The notes under the pieces: generated by a model | The model's database searches: none | Told to the model about the DNA's origin: nothing | The model's input: the letters and a program-made list of their open reading frames with translations, nothing else | Assembly: GCA_951406725.2 (NCBI GenBank) | Contig: OX597834.1 | Coordinates: forward strand, 28,210,001-28,274,000 | Reading direction: 5' to 3' | From: Octopus vulgaris | Lineage: Eukaryota | DNA length: 64,000 nucleotides | Shown: positions 12,919 through 25,265 of the stretch, in pieces | Numbering within the stretch: position 1 is the stretch's first letter | Layout of the letters: every line of letters starts with the position of its first letter | Position numbers and translations under genes: made by a program

Positions 12919-13148
12919 AGGCGGCGTTGGCAGACTCGTTAGCACACCGGGCGAAATGCTTAGCGGTATTTCGTCTGTCGTTACGTTCTGAGTTCAAATT
13001 CCGCCGAGGTCGACTTTACCTTTCATCCTTTCGGGGTCGATAAATAAAGTACCAGTTTCGCACTGGGGTCGATGTAATCGGCTTAATCCCTTTGTCTGTC
13101 CTTGTTTGTCCCCTCTATGTTTAGCCCCTTGTGGGCAATAAAGAAATA
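12919..13148 (+). mobile_element. SINE family B, full length, with 15-bp TSD
   Basis: TSD tatatacattaagaa at 12904-12918 and 13149-13163. Confidence 0.95.
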
Positions 13149-13249
13149 TATATACATTAAGAATCAGACACACATACGCACACACACACACATTTTGTGT
13201 GTTTCATGGGTTATCTGTAAAAACTGCATTGGTAGTCACCTGACTGTGT

Positions 13250-14250
13250 AACAGCACCACCAATAGCACCACCATAGATCCATCTACTGATCCCACCACC
13301 ATCACAGTTCCATCTACCTGCTCCAACACCACCACCACCACCACCAAAGTTCTGTCAATCCCAGTACTATCATCACAGTTCCAGCTACCAAATCCAACAC
13401 CTCTACTACCACCACCACCACCACCATCACCACAGTTAAACCACCACTACCACCCTTATAGTTCCTATTACTCAATCTCAGCGCCACCCTCAGTGCCATC
13501 TGCCAATCATAGCACGCCCACCACCACCACCACCACCATACCTTTGCCATCAACTAGTTCAGCCCCTAAAGACTATCACCACCAATACTACTACTACTAT
13601 TACCACCAATACCAATATCTCTTTAGTACAACCAACACTGCTGCTCCTGCCACCACAACTAGGAATACTACTAATACTACTACTATCACCACTACTACTA
13701 CTACTATTACTACTACAGTATTAAATATACTACAACAGCACCACAATCGATACAACCATGACACCACAGCCTTTACCACCAGCACTGCTACCGATTCCAC
13801 CACATGAAAAAGGAAGAAGGAAAGAATGAAAGAAAGAACGAATGAACAAATGAAAGAATGAGAGGGGTGTGTGAGAGGAGAGGGGATAGAGGGGTAGATA
13901 GGAGGGAAGGGGAGCGATGGGGGAGGGGGAGAAGAGAGGAGAAAGAAAGAAACAAACAACGTAAAAGGAGAAAGACAGAAAGAAAACTAGAAAGGGAGAA
14001 AGAAATAGACAGACAGACACAAAGAAAAATAGGGAGAAAAGAGAGAAAGAAAGAGAGATAAAGAAAGAAAACAGAAAGAGAGAAAGAAAGAGAGAAAGAA
14101 AGAAAGATAAAGAAAGAAAACAGAGAAAGATAGGGAGAGAGAAAGAAAGAAAGAGAGAACTAGAAAGAAGTGAAAGAAAGAGAAGAAAGATACAGGAGAG
14201 AAAGACAGAGGAAGCAGCAGCAGCAGCAGTAGCAGCAGCAGCAGCAGCGG
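13250..14250. repeat. (CAC/TAC)n low-complexity, then purine-rich (GAAA)n and (CAG)n
   Basis: Visible repeats; poly-T/H/V/W ORFs are artefacts. Confidence 0.85.
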
Positions 14251-14679
14251 GTTAACACATGATTTTTATCTGTATTTTGTACCTGTTTGAAGATATCAAT
14301 GTTTACACATTCTTATAATATTTACCGCCCTGGTTTCTCAACAACAACAGCACACACACACACACACACATACATACAAACACACACACACACACACACC
14401 CAAGCACAGAGTTATCTGGGTCTTACCTATAGGTAGGTGGTATTCAGATATCAACATTCATTGCTGCCGCTGCCACCACCACCCCCACCACCACCACCAC
14501 AAACATCATGCTAATAACAAGAACAACAACAACAGCAGCAACATTATAAACCAATAAGAAAGATCCTACATCAAGTAAGCAGAGCCCATTCACCCACTCA
14601 CCCTCCGTTCTCTTCCCCGCCCCCATGGACCAAATTCCCTCAAAGTACGCAAAAAAAAAAAATTGAAATCTGAAACCAC

Positions 14680-14832
14680 ATGGCTGTGTACTTCAGAAGT
14701 TTGCTTCCCCCCTCCCCGACAGTATAGTTTTGGGGTTCAGTTCCTCTATTTGGTGCCTTGAATAACTATAGTATCAAGCTGACCAAAACCTTGTGAGAAG
14801 ATTTAGTAGAATGGAAATAGAATGAAGCCTGT

Positions 14833-14863
<31 letters not shown>

Positions 14864-15560
14864 GTTCAGCAAAAATTTAGATTCGAATGAATATAAACAG
14901 TTTCAAGAACAACAGGAAGCCTCCATACAGTCATTTAACCTGCTAGAAATAGCAGTCAAATTTCCCTCAAATCATGTTATCTTAAAGAAGGAAAGGGTAC
15001 ATTGGTAATACAGTCTTACACACATACATCAACAGCTAATATATATATAGTATATGTAAATATTTGTATACATATGCTTATCCATATACAAATGCACACA
15101 CACAAATACATGCATGCATGCATCCAACTATACATACATACATATATGTATACATATACATTGGACATTTGGAGCAAGATGTGGCCCTCCAACCTGTTGC
15201 ATCCTGTCATACCATCCAAACCATTCCAGCAGGGAAAACAGACATAGAACGATAATGATGATGGCAATGAATGATCATGGGATTGCACCTAGAAAGTTCC
15301 CCTCCTGGGCACAGGTCCAAGCAAGGTTGTTTATGGAAGACCAGCGGTCACCCATGCATACCAGCCTATCCCTCTCCAACATCACTGATGTTATCCAAGA
15401 GAAAGGCAAAGGAGCCAATACAGCTTCGCACCAGTGGGCATTGCAACTCATTTCTACAGTTGAGCGAACTGGATTCAATCAGCTAAAGTTCTTCAAGGCA
15501 GTGCCCCAGCATGGCCACAGACCAACGACCAAAACAAGTAAATGATGAAAAGATAAAAGA
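14680..15560 (+). mobile_element. Diverged family A SINE split by a ~580-bp copied segment (14893-15472)
   Basis: A head and body at 14680-14892; A 3' end 'aaggcagtgccccagcatggccac...aaacaagtaaa' at 15473-15560. Confidence 0.75.
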
Positions 15561-15729
15561 CATAAACGCACAATCTCATGCAGGTGTTTGTCCGTTGTGA
15601 TCATGTGGTAAGAAAGCACCTGAATGACCCTAAAAGAAAAACACAGCGAAGATTTAAAGCGCTGGGACAGAATGGTCAACATAATCGACTGTTTGCACCA
15701 CCCAAAATCTCTGGCCTCGAGGCAGCAGC

Positions 15730-16045
15730 ATAGCAGAATTGTTACAGCATATCTTCTGTCTTCACATTCCGAGTTCAAATGCTGCCAGGATCAACTTCAC
15801 CTTTCTTCCTTTTGGGGTCAATAAAATAGATACCAGTTGAGTACTGGGGATCAATGTAATCAATTTGTCCCCTTCTTAAAATTGCTGGCTTTGTGCCAAA
15901 ATTTAAAACCATTATTATCAACGCAGCAAGCTGGCAGAATCATTACCACACTGGACAAAACACTTAGTGGCATTTCCTCTTCCGGCTCTTTACATTCTGA
16001 GTTCAAATCCCACAGAGGCCAACTTTGCCTTTTGCCCTTTCAGAA
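15730..16045 (+). mobile_element. Two diverged family B SINEs
   Basis: 'gagttcaaat' B boxes near 15771 and 15999 followed by 'aactt..cctt' bodies. Confidence 0.7.
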
Positions 16046-16760
16046 TGCATTTGAATAGCATAGCCTACTCTCTCGAAATTCCATGTTTTGTGCTTATAGC
16101 AGAAAGGGTTATCAATGAACAGCGAGAAGTACCAATCCAGTATTGGGGCTGACAGTATAAGAGTAATCCTACTCCCCTCAAAACTGTGGGTCTTGTGCCA
16201 AAATTAGAAAGCACTATCATAACCACTACTACTGCTACTACTACTACTATAATATACAACATTTTCCAGTGATATTAAATATACCGTTATCACTGATATT
16301 AAAATATCATTATTCAATTATTAAATATCTACGGTTGTATTGAACGTTATTGATTTCTTCCATTGGTGCAAGGTCGCAGCTTTGTAGGGAGAGTGGGGGG
16401 GGGGACGCTGGAGAAAAGCAAACTTTTTTTTTAGGTTTTTCAACTTTTTTTTTTTTTTTTTTTTTTTGTATTTCATATATCACACATTTACAAACAATAA
16501 ATGCCATCCCTGGTTATAAGTTTTTTTTTTTTTTCCTAATAACACATCGAACCAAAAATTGGTTCGCTGCATTCCCAATGGCGCGAGCGACGAGGAAGCA
16601 GCAGAGCAGAATGGAATAGCAACTCGGTCAGGATAAACATCACGAGGAGGCATTTTGCTTCGATTTTCTTTGTTTGACACAGGAGTTAATCAGCATTCTC
16701 TCACCAATGGAATACATCATAATAAACACACACACATACATTATATCATACTCATATGTA

Positions 16761-17163
16761 TACTCTTTTACTCTTTTACTTGTTTCAGTCATTTGACTGC
16801 GACCATGCTGGAGCACCGCCTTTAATCGAGCAACTCGACCCCGGCACTTATTCTTTTCTAAGCCCAGTACTTATTCTATCGGTCTCTTTTGCCGAACCGC
16901 TAAGTAACGGGGACGTAAACACACCATCATCGGTTGTCAAGCAATGCTAGGGGGACAAACACAGACACACAAACACACACATACATATATATACATATAT
17001 ACGACAGGCTTCTTTCAGTTTCCGTCTACCAAATCCACTCACAAGGCTTTGGTCGGCCCGAGGCTATAGTAGAAGACACTTGCCCAAGGTGCCACGCAGT
17101 GGGACTGAACCCGGAACCATGCGGTTGGTAAACAAGCTACTTACCACACAGCCACTCCTGTGC
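16761..17163 (-). mobile_element. SINE family A, young
   Basis: Near-identical to the other young copies. Confidence 0.95.
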
Positions 17164-17185
17164 TATATATTTATTATAAATATAT

Positions 17186-17237
<52 letters not shown>

Positions 17238-17241
<4 letters not shown>

Positions 17242-17425
17242 AGAGTTTACGAAAAAAACAAAAGACGAAGACAGGTGGTGTACAAAGCAAACAGATATAT
17301 TAGTATAACGCTCAGGAATAGAAAAAGTCTTTTACGTTTCGAGCCTATGCTCTTCCACAGAAAGCGACACAGAAAGAAACAAGGGGAGAAAAAAATGTGT
17401 GTAGTTGCTAACGATCTATCATGGT
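17238..17425 (-). mobile_element. Penelope-like pLTR fragment abutting (TA)n
   Basis: Minus strand 'ctgtggaagagcataggctcgaaacgt' (hammerhead-like core); related to 36279-36468 and 29567-29670. Confidence 0.6.
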
Positions 17426-17448
17426 GTTGTGTGTGTGTGTATGTACAT

Positions 17449-17808
17449 ATGTGGCTGTGAAGTAAAACACTTGCTTCCTAACCACATGGTTCCAGGTTCA
17501 GTCCCGCTGCATGACATCTTAGGCAAGTGTCTTCTACTATAGCCTTGGGCCAACAAAAGCCTTGTGAGTGGATTTGGTGGATGGAAACTGAAAGAAGCCC
17601 GTCGTGTGTGTGTGTGTGTTTGTCCACCAGCACCACTTGACAACTTGTGTTGGTGTCTTTACATCCCCGTAACTTAGCAGTCTGGCAAAAGAGACTGATT
17701 GAATAAGTAGTAGGCTTAAGAAATGTCCTGGGGTCTATTTGTTTGATTAAAACCCTTCAAGGTGGTGCTCCAGCATGGCTATAGTCAAATGGACTGAAAC
17801 AAGTAACA
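17449..17808 (+). mobile_element. SINE family A, diverged
   Basis: Colinear with the A consensus. Confidence 0.88.
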
Positions 17809-17810
17809 GA

Positions 17811-17883
17811 ATATGTATATATATATGTATGTATGTATATATATATGTGTGTGTGTGTGTGTCTATGTATGTATGTATGTGTG

Positions 17884-17916
<33 letters not shown>

Positions 17917-18257
17917 ATATATTAATATATATATATGTATGTATGTATGTATATATATTAATATATATATATGTATGTATGTATATATATTAATATATAT
18001 ATATATATGTATGTATGTATGTATGTATATTAATATATATATATATATGTATGTATGTATGTATATATATTAATATATATATATATATGTATGTATGTAT
18101 GTATATATATTAATATATATATATATATGTATGTATGTATATATATTAATATATATATATGTATGTATGTATGTATATATGTGTGTGTGTATGTGTGTGT
18201 GTGTGTGTGTGCGCGTGTGTATGTATGTATGTATGTATATGTATGTACGTATATATA
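17811..18257. repeat. (TA)n/(TATG)n array punctuated by ATTAAT
   Basis: ~35-40-bp units, each containing 'attaat'. Confidence 0.9.
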
Positions 18258-19199
18258 AAAAGAGAATGTCACTAACATCCTGGTAATGATATTGTTCTTA
18301 AAAGCTTGTGTCGTAGTAGCATATTAGAGACCTAGTACTAATATTCATTAGCATCCTAGTACCACTGGTATACTACTGTGTTAATACTAGGGTCAGATAA
18401 GGTACTAGTCCTAGTGTCCTAGTACCAGTGCTATACTGGAGTTTAACATGAAAGTAATGTTGGTTACCACTTTGCAAACATTAAAGTTGATATTTAAATG
18501 TCAACTGCAAAAAACCAAATTTATAAACAGGAAAAAAAACAAACAAAAAGAAAATAGTTAAAAAATACAATTAAGAGGTTGAGGTGGGGGTGAAATTTGA
18601 TAAAAATTCACACTGAGATAATAACAAGTAAATATAAATATAGAAAAATATCTATTTTCTTTGTGCATATGCAAGGAGATAACATGCACCATTAATCTTT
18701 CAATACAGTTATGCCTAAGACCACCCCTGGATCTAGTTGTAAGCATATCTAAGACCACCTCTGGCTCTAACCATACAAAACCTAAGAACACCTCCAGCTC
18801 TATGTCTACAAGAGCTGTCTAAGAACATCTCTTGCTCCAAGCATACTAAGCCAGTCTGTTATAGTGAAATTAAGACCTTCCATCATACGTTTTTATGAAA
18901 AGACCTTTGTTGTCAGGTTTATGTTCAAAACAGTAGCTTAATGGTCAAGGCTAAGTTATTTCACTAAATTTTTCCAAATTCTATGTTTCTTACGAAAAAT
19001 TTATTTACACATAAGCGCAGCATGGCTGTGTGGTAAGAAGCTTGCTTCCCAACCACATGATTCCAGGTTCAGTCTCATTGTGTGGCACCTTAGGTAGCCA
19101 ATAACTGTGGATGAGCTTTGCATAGCATTCTACAAAGTTCTCACCCAAATTTTACTTAATTCTCTCTCTCTCTCTCTCTCCCTCTCTCTGTATGTATAA

Positions 19200-19240
<41 letters not shown>

Positions 19241-19513
19241 TACATACTTATACCTACATGCACAAAATAACGATCTATATATATATATATAAAATGAACA
19301 CATATATGCCTATATATATATAACTTCTTTTTATACATAACTATATAAGCATAAAATACTGATATATATAATATACATACAAAACACCTATACATACATA
19401 TATACAAACAAAACACCTGTATATCCCTATACACACACATATACATACATATATATATATACATACACACATATACATAGGTGTGTGTATACACAAAACA
19501 CTTATGTATCCCT

Positions 19514-19566
<53 letters not shown>

Positions 19567-19785
19567 TAATGCATCTGTATATATGTGTACGCATATATTA
19601 TTAATAACGAGTCCAACAAAAGGTGTTTTGTTCCATTTGGAATAAGAATATTTTTCGCTGACCTCATTCCTTTAATAGAACATACCAACACCCAATGAGA
19701 ACACTCTGAGCCTTTTTTTTATTCCTAGCCATGTCCCTATGAACCAGTCACCTCCTGGCTTATTCATTCACAAACACACAAACAG

Positions 19786-19833
<48 letters not shown>

Positions 19834-20104
19834 TCACCTCACTAGTGTCCCCCCACCCCACCCCCACAGCCACCTCCTGTCTACCTAGATTTCACTCTAA
19901 ATTTCTATACTTTTTTGCTCAAATATACACAAATGTTTTTGTAAACAAAACAAGTACCTTTATATACACCTGTGTGTGTGTGTGTATGTGTGTGTATGCA
20001 TGTGTGTGTGTGTGTGCGTGTGTGATTAATGAAATGCATGAATGCTTCCTTGGTGTGTTCCTGCTTGTTGTACACATATATAGCTTTCATACACTTCATT
20101 TTTT

Positions 20105-20137
<33 letters not shown>

Positions 20138-20309
20138 AACACACACACACATACATACACACACCTTTTCTTCCACCCTCCTGCCATCACTCTTTATCAC
20201 ACACACACACACTTTAGCTGTGTTTACATTTTAGATATCAAAAGAAACAGTTATGAGAACATTTTATCAACACACAAAAATTTTCCATGCACACACCTAT
20301 CTATCTACC

Positions 20310-20363
20310 TACCTTCTTACCTACCAACCTACCTACCTATATATATATATATATATGTGTATG

Positions 20364-20404
<41 letters not shown>

Positions 20405-20405
20405 G

Positions 20406-20466
<61 letters not shown>

Positions 20467-20557
20467 ATATATATGTATGTATGTATATATATATGTATGT
20501 AAGTATATATATATATGTATGTATGTATATATATATGCATGTATGTATATATATATG

Positions 20558-20590
<33 letters not shown>

Positions 20591-20683
20591 ATACATATAT
20601 ATGTATGTATGTATATACATATATATGTATGTATGTATATACATATATATGTATGTATGTATGTATATATATATGTATGTATG

Positions 20684-20729
<46 letters not shown>

Positions 20730-20782
20730 TACACACACACACACACACATATCTATATCTATATATATATATATATATATAT
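20310..20782. repeat. (TA)n/(TATG)n compound microsatellite
   Basis: Visible repeats. Confidence 0.95.
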
Positions 20783-20937
20783 AGTTTATAGGACAATAGA
20801 GCGTACGAATGTCAACTAGGAAAGAGAAGATAGTCACAACTATAATGTAATGACATGTTTATCATTTCTCACAGGACTATACTGGGGTGGGAGGAGAGAC
20901 AGAGAGACAGACAGATAATTAAACACACACACACATG

Positions 20938-20970
<33 letters not shown>

Positions 20971-21119
20971 GGGGGACAAACAGACAGAGAGGGAGTGTGT
21001 TAATGGGTAAATGCTAGGGGTATGGGAAGGCGGGGCTTGAATAACTTCTGTAATTTTCTGCTGATTAAAAAATAAAAATAAATATATATGCGTATACTCC
21101 TATACTGCGTTCTATATAT

Positions 21120-21450
21120 CTTGAAGCTCACTTTGCAGCCACATCGTTTCAGGTTCAGTTCCACTGCAAGGCACTTTGGGCAAATGGCTTCTTTCCATTA
21201 TAGCCCCAGGTCAACCAGTACCTTGTGAGAGAATTTGGTAGATGGAAATTGCATGGGAGCCCATCATATATATTCATATGTATATTTGTGTGAGTGTTTG
21301 TATTTGCTCTTTACCACCACTTCACACAACCGGTGTTAGTTTGTTTATATCCCCATGACATCACAGTTCAGAAAAACACAAACAGGATAGGAAGCAGACT
21401 TAAAAGTAAGAACTGGGGTCAATTTATTCAACTGAACCCTTCAAGGCAGT
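21120..21450 (+). mobile_element. SINE family A, strongly diverged
   Basis: 'caggttcagttccactg...ccttgtgagagaatttggtagatggaaa'. Confidence 0.75.
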
Positions 21451-21578
21451 ACCCAGTACCCAGGTTGTTGACAGGGACTTCAAAATTTCAGCCAGATAAA
21501 GGCATAAGTTGGCTGATGAGCTTAACTGGCCAAAACTTCAAAGTCACTCTCAACAACCTTATATTTAAATTTAAAATA

Positions 21579-21966
21579 AGGAGTGGCTGTGTGGTAAGTA
21601 GCTTGCTAACCAACCACATGGTTCCGGGTTCAGTCCCACTGCGTGGCATCTTGGGCAAGTGTCTTCTGCTATAGCCCCGGGCCGACCAATGCCTTGTGAG
21701 TGGATTTGGTAGACGGAAACTGAAAGAAGCCTGTCATATATATGTATATATATATAAGTGTGTGTGTGTATATGTTTGTCCCCCTATCATAGCTTGACAA
21801 CCGATGTTGGTGTGTTTACGTCCCTGTCACTTAGCGGTTCGGCAAAAGAGACCGGTAGAATAAGTACTGGGCTTACAAAGAATAAGTCCCGGGGTCGATT
21901 TGCTCAACTAAAGGCGGTGCTCCAGCATGGCCGCAGTCAAATGACTGAAACAAGTAAAAGAGTAAG
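21579..21966 (+). mobile_element. SINE family A, young
   Basis: Full body and tail. Confidence 0.95.
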
Positions 21967-23374
21967 GGTGAGAAATTGAATATCAATTTGATTAATACCA
22001 ATTTAAAACCAGTGGTCTAGCAAATTAAAATCTGAAGATACAGAAAAATTATATTACATACATATAAGAGGGATGACCACAACGTGGACATCCATTATGC
22101 TGTAAGTAGATTCGCTTTCTTCCTTCCTTTCTTAGTGGTAAGACCATAGCAGATCTACTTCTAGCATAATGGATGTCCACATAGTGGTCATCCCTCTTAT
22201 ATGTGTGTGTGTATATATATATATATATATCCCTCTCTCTCTTTTGGAGAGGCACTGAGCAGCTATACGCACACATACACACAGGGCAGTAACTTCCACC
22301 TATCGAATTCAATCACGAAGCTTCGGTCGACTCGGGGCTATAGCGGAAGACACCCCGCCCAAAGAGCCACGCAGTGGGACTGAACCCGAAACCATGTAGC
22401 TAGGAAGCAAGCTCCCTAACCACACAGCCATGTCCGAGATATATATATAGCAGATAGATAGAGTATAAAATAGTGACAGGTATGGCTTAACTTGTATATG
22501 TGTGTGTGTGTGCATGCTTCAATGTGTGCATGAGTGTACATGCCTGTGTGTGTGTGTGTGTGTGTGTGTGTGATTGTGTGAGAAGCTAAAAAAACATCAA
22601 GTAGGATAAACTGAGCTCCCCCCCTCCACTTTCTCATCAACCTCACTGATAATCTTATCAACACTGTCTTCTCTACTGCTACCACTAACACCACTACTGC
22701 CGCTTTCACCAAAATACTACAGCATTAAATTACACTACAACCACAACCACCACCCACTGCTAAACACACTGTCATCGCAATTTATATTACTACCACAATA
22801 ACCACCAGCAAATATTAACCAATACCACCACCACAACCACACCTAAATAACACCACCACCATCGACACTCTCACCACAACCAACTACTAACCACCATAAC
22901 CACACTTCAGTAACAATTCCAACCTTAAAACAGTTTCAAGACTATTTAACTACTACTACTACTACTACTACACCTGTATCACCACCACTACTACTTCAAC
23001 ATCGACACTACCACTAAACTGTTTGTTACAGCACCAACACTGTTCTTATTTACTTCAACATCACTTAAGCAACATTAATACTACCACTCCGACAGTAACA
23101 CTAACTCTGCCACTTCAATAGCAACACCACTGCTATACCACAACTGTTTTGACACCAACACTATTTCAACATCACCGCTACCACTTCAACACTAACACTA
23201 CTACTACTACTACAATAATAAAGCTACCACTAACTACCACTTTAACGCCACCACTCACTACTACAGCCACTTTGACAACACTGCCACAATCATTTAAATA
23301 CCACAACTACTACCTAAACAACACCACTACAACCAACACTTTAAAGACTATGATCAATACTATTATCACATAAC

Positions 23375-23542
23375 TAATTCTTTAGTGTTTAAACTAACCA
23401 CATTCAGCTCAAATAGTCTGCTTGATTTCATGTTCAAACTCGCCTGATCCAACTTATCACACCTACCCTACAATGTCAGTCCGAAAGTAAACAATCTCAT
23501 TATTGAAATCTCAAGGCTGCAAGATAATGCAGGATGATTTCA
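23375..23542 (+). mobile_element. Left part of TTAA-type MITE family E
   Basis: Similar to 25820-25990. Confidence 0.7.
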
Positions 23543-24085
23543 AGGTATGACTGTGTGGTAAGAAACTTGCTTCCCAGCCACAAGGATCCCGGTTCAGTCC
23601 CCCACTGTGTAGCACCTTGGGCAAGTGTTTTCAGGCCAACTCCCCTCCACTTTCTCATCAACCTCACTGACAATCTTATCAACACTGGCACCTTCTCCGC
23701 TGCCACCGTCACCACCACAACCACCACCACCACCACTGCAGCTTGCACCAAAACACTACAGCATTAAATTACACTACAACCAGAACCACCACCGCTAAAC
23801 ACCGTCATCACCTTATGAGTGGATTTGGTAGAGACGGAAACTGTAAGAAGCCCATTGTGTGTGTGTGTGTGTGTGTATGCATGTGTATCTTTCTGTCAGT
23901 GTTTGACCCCCCCCCCATCACCACCACCACCACCACCACCACCACTACAGCTTCAAGACCAATGTTTGGTGTGTTTGCATTCCCCTTAACTTGATGGTTC
24001 GGAAAAAAGAGACTGCTAGAATAAATTACCAGGTAGTGCCCCAGCATGGCCACAGTCTAATGACTGAAGTCAAAAATAAGAGATA
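23543..24085 (+). mobile_element. Diverged family A SINE carrying a ~170-bp copied segment (23641-23810)
   Basis: A head to 23640, resuming at 'ccttatgagtggatttggtag' 23811. Confidence 0.8.
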
Positions 24086-24802
24086 AATATGCATTACATT
24101 TGAAGTGGAAGTGAGGGGGGGGGAACCTGAATGCTGAAGGGTTAAAAAAGACACTGCAAGAAACAGCACTTAAAACACCACCACTACCACCACCACAGCC
24201 TAAACACCATTTTAACAACGCTACTGTCACAACCACTACTTCAACAACCACCACCACCACCACCACCACCACCACCACCACCGACGACAGCATCATCACT
24301 TGAATAACGCTAAACATAAAGGCAACCAACCGACCTACCAACCAGCGAACCAACCAACCGACCAACCAGCCAGACAACCAACCAACCAGCCAACCAACCA
24401 ACCAGCCAGCCAACCAACCAGCCAGCCAACCAGCCAACCAAGCAGCAGTTACGTAACTAAGCTGTCCTGTATTGTGATGGGTTTCCAAGTGGAAAAGGAA
24501 GCTTTTACAATTTAGTTATGTAAGAGGCAGAGGAGGAGGAGGAAAAGAAGAAGGAGGAGGAGGAAAAGAAGAAGAAGAAGGAGGAGGAGGAGGACTGTTG
24601 CTACTACGGCTTGCTTGGTGTCTTAAGTCTTCTCCTATAATCCCATTCATATCTCGCTTGGATGCTTTCTTTACAGGAGGAATATTGCCGTATTTACTTG
24701 TTACTCGTGCAATAAGTTGCAGTATTTTGTAACCGATTTTTGAATGAAAATAAAAAACAAAAAAAACAAACAAAAGAGAACTGGGATGTTGCAACTTATG
24801 CA

Positions 24803-25265
24803 CATATATATACGACGGGCTTCTTTCAGTTTCCGTCTAACAAATCCACTCACAAGGCTTTGGTCGGCCCGAGGCTATATAGTAGAAGGTGCCAGAGTTG
24901 ATAAGATTGTCTAGTGAGGTTGATGAGAAAGTAGAAGGGAGTTGGCCTGAAAACACTTGCCCAAGGTGCTACACAGTGGGGACTGAACCGGGATCCGTGT
25001 GGCTGGGAAGCAAGTTTCTTACCACACAGTCATGCCTTGAATTTATCCTGCATTATCTTGTAGCCTTGAGATTTCAATAATGATATTGTTTACTTTCAGA
25101 CTGACATTGTAGGGTAGGTGTGATAAGTTGGATCAGGCAAGTTTGAACATGAAACCAAACAGACTATTTGGGCTGAATATAGTAGAAGGTGCCATGCAGT
25201 GGGACTGAACCTGGAACCATGTGGTTGGTAAGCAAGCTACTTACCACACAGCCACTCCTGCACCT
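24803..25265 (-). mobile_element. 5' half of a family A SINE carrying a 282-bp inverted copied segment
   Basis: A sequence at 24803-24894 and 25177-25265; insert at 24895-25176. Confidence 0.85.
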
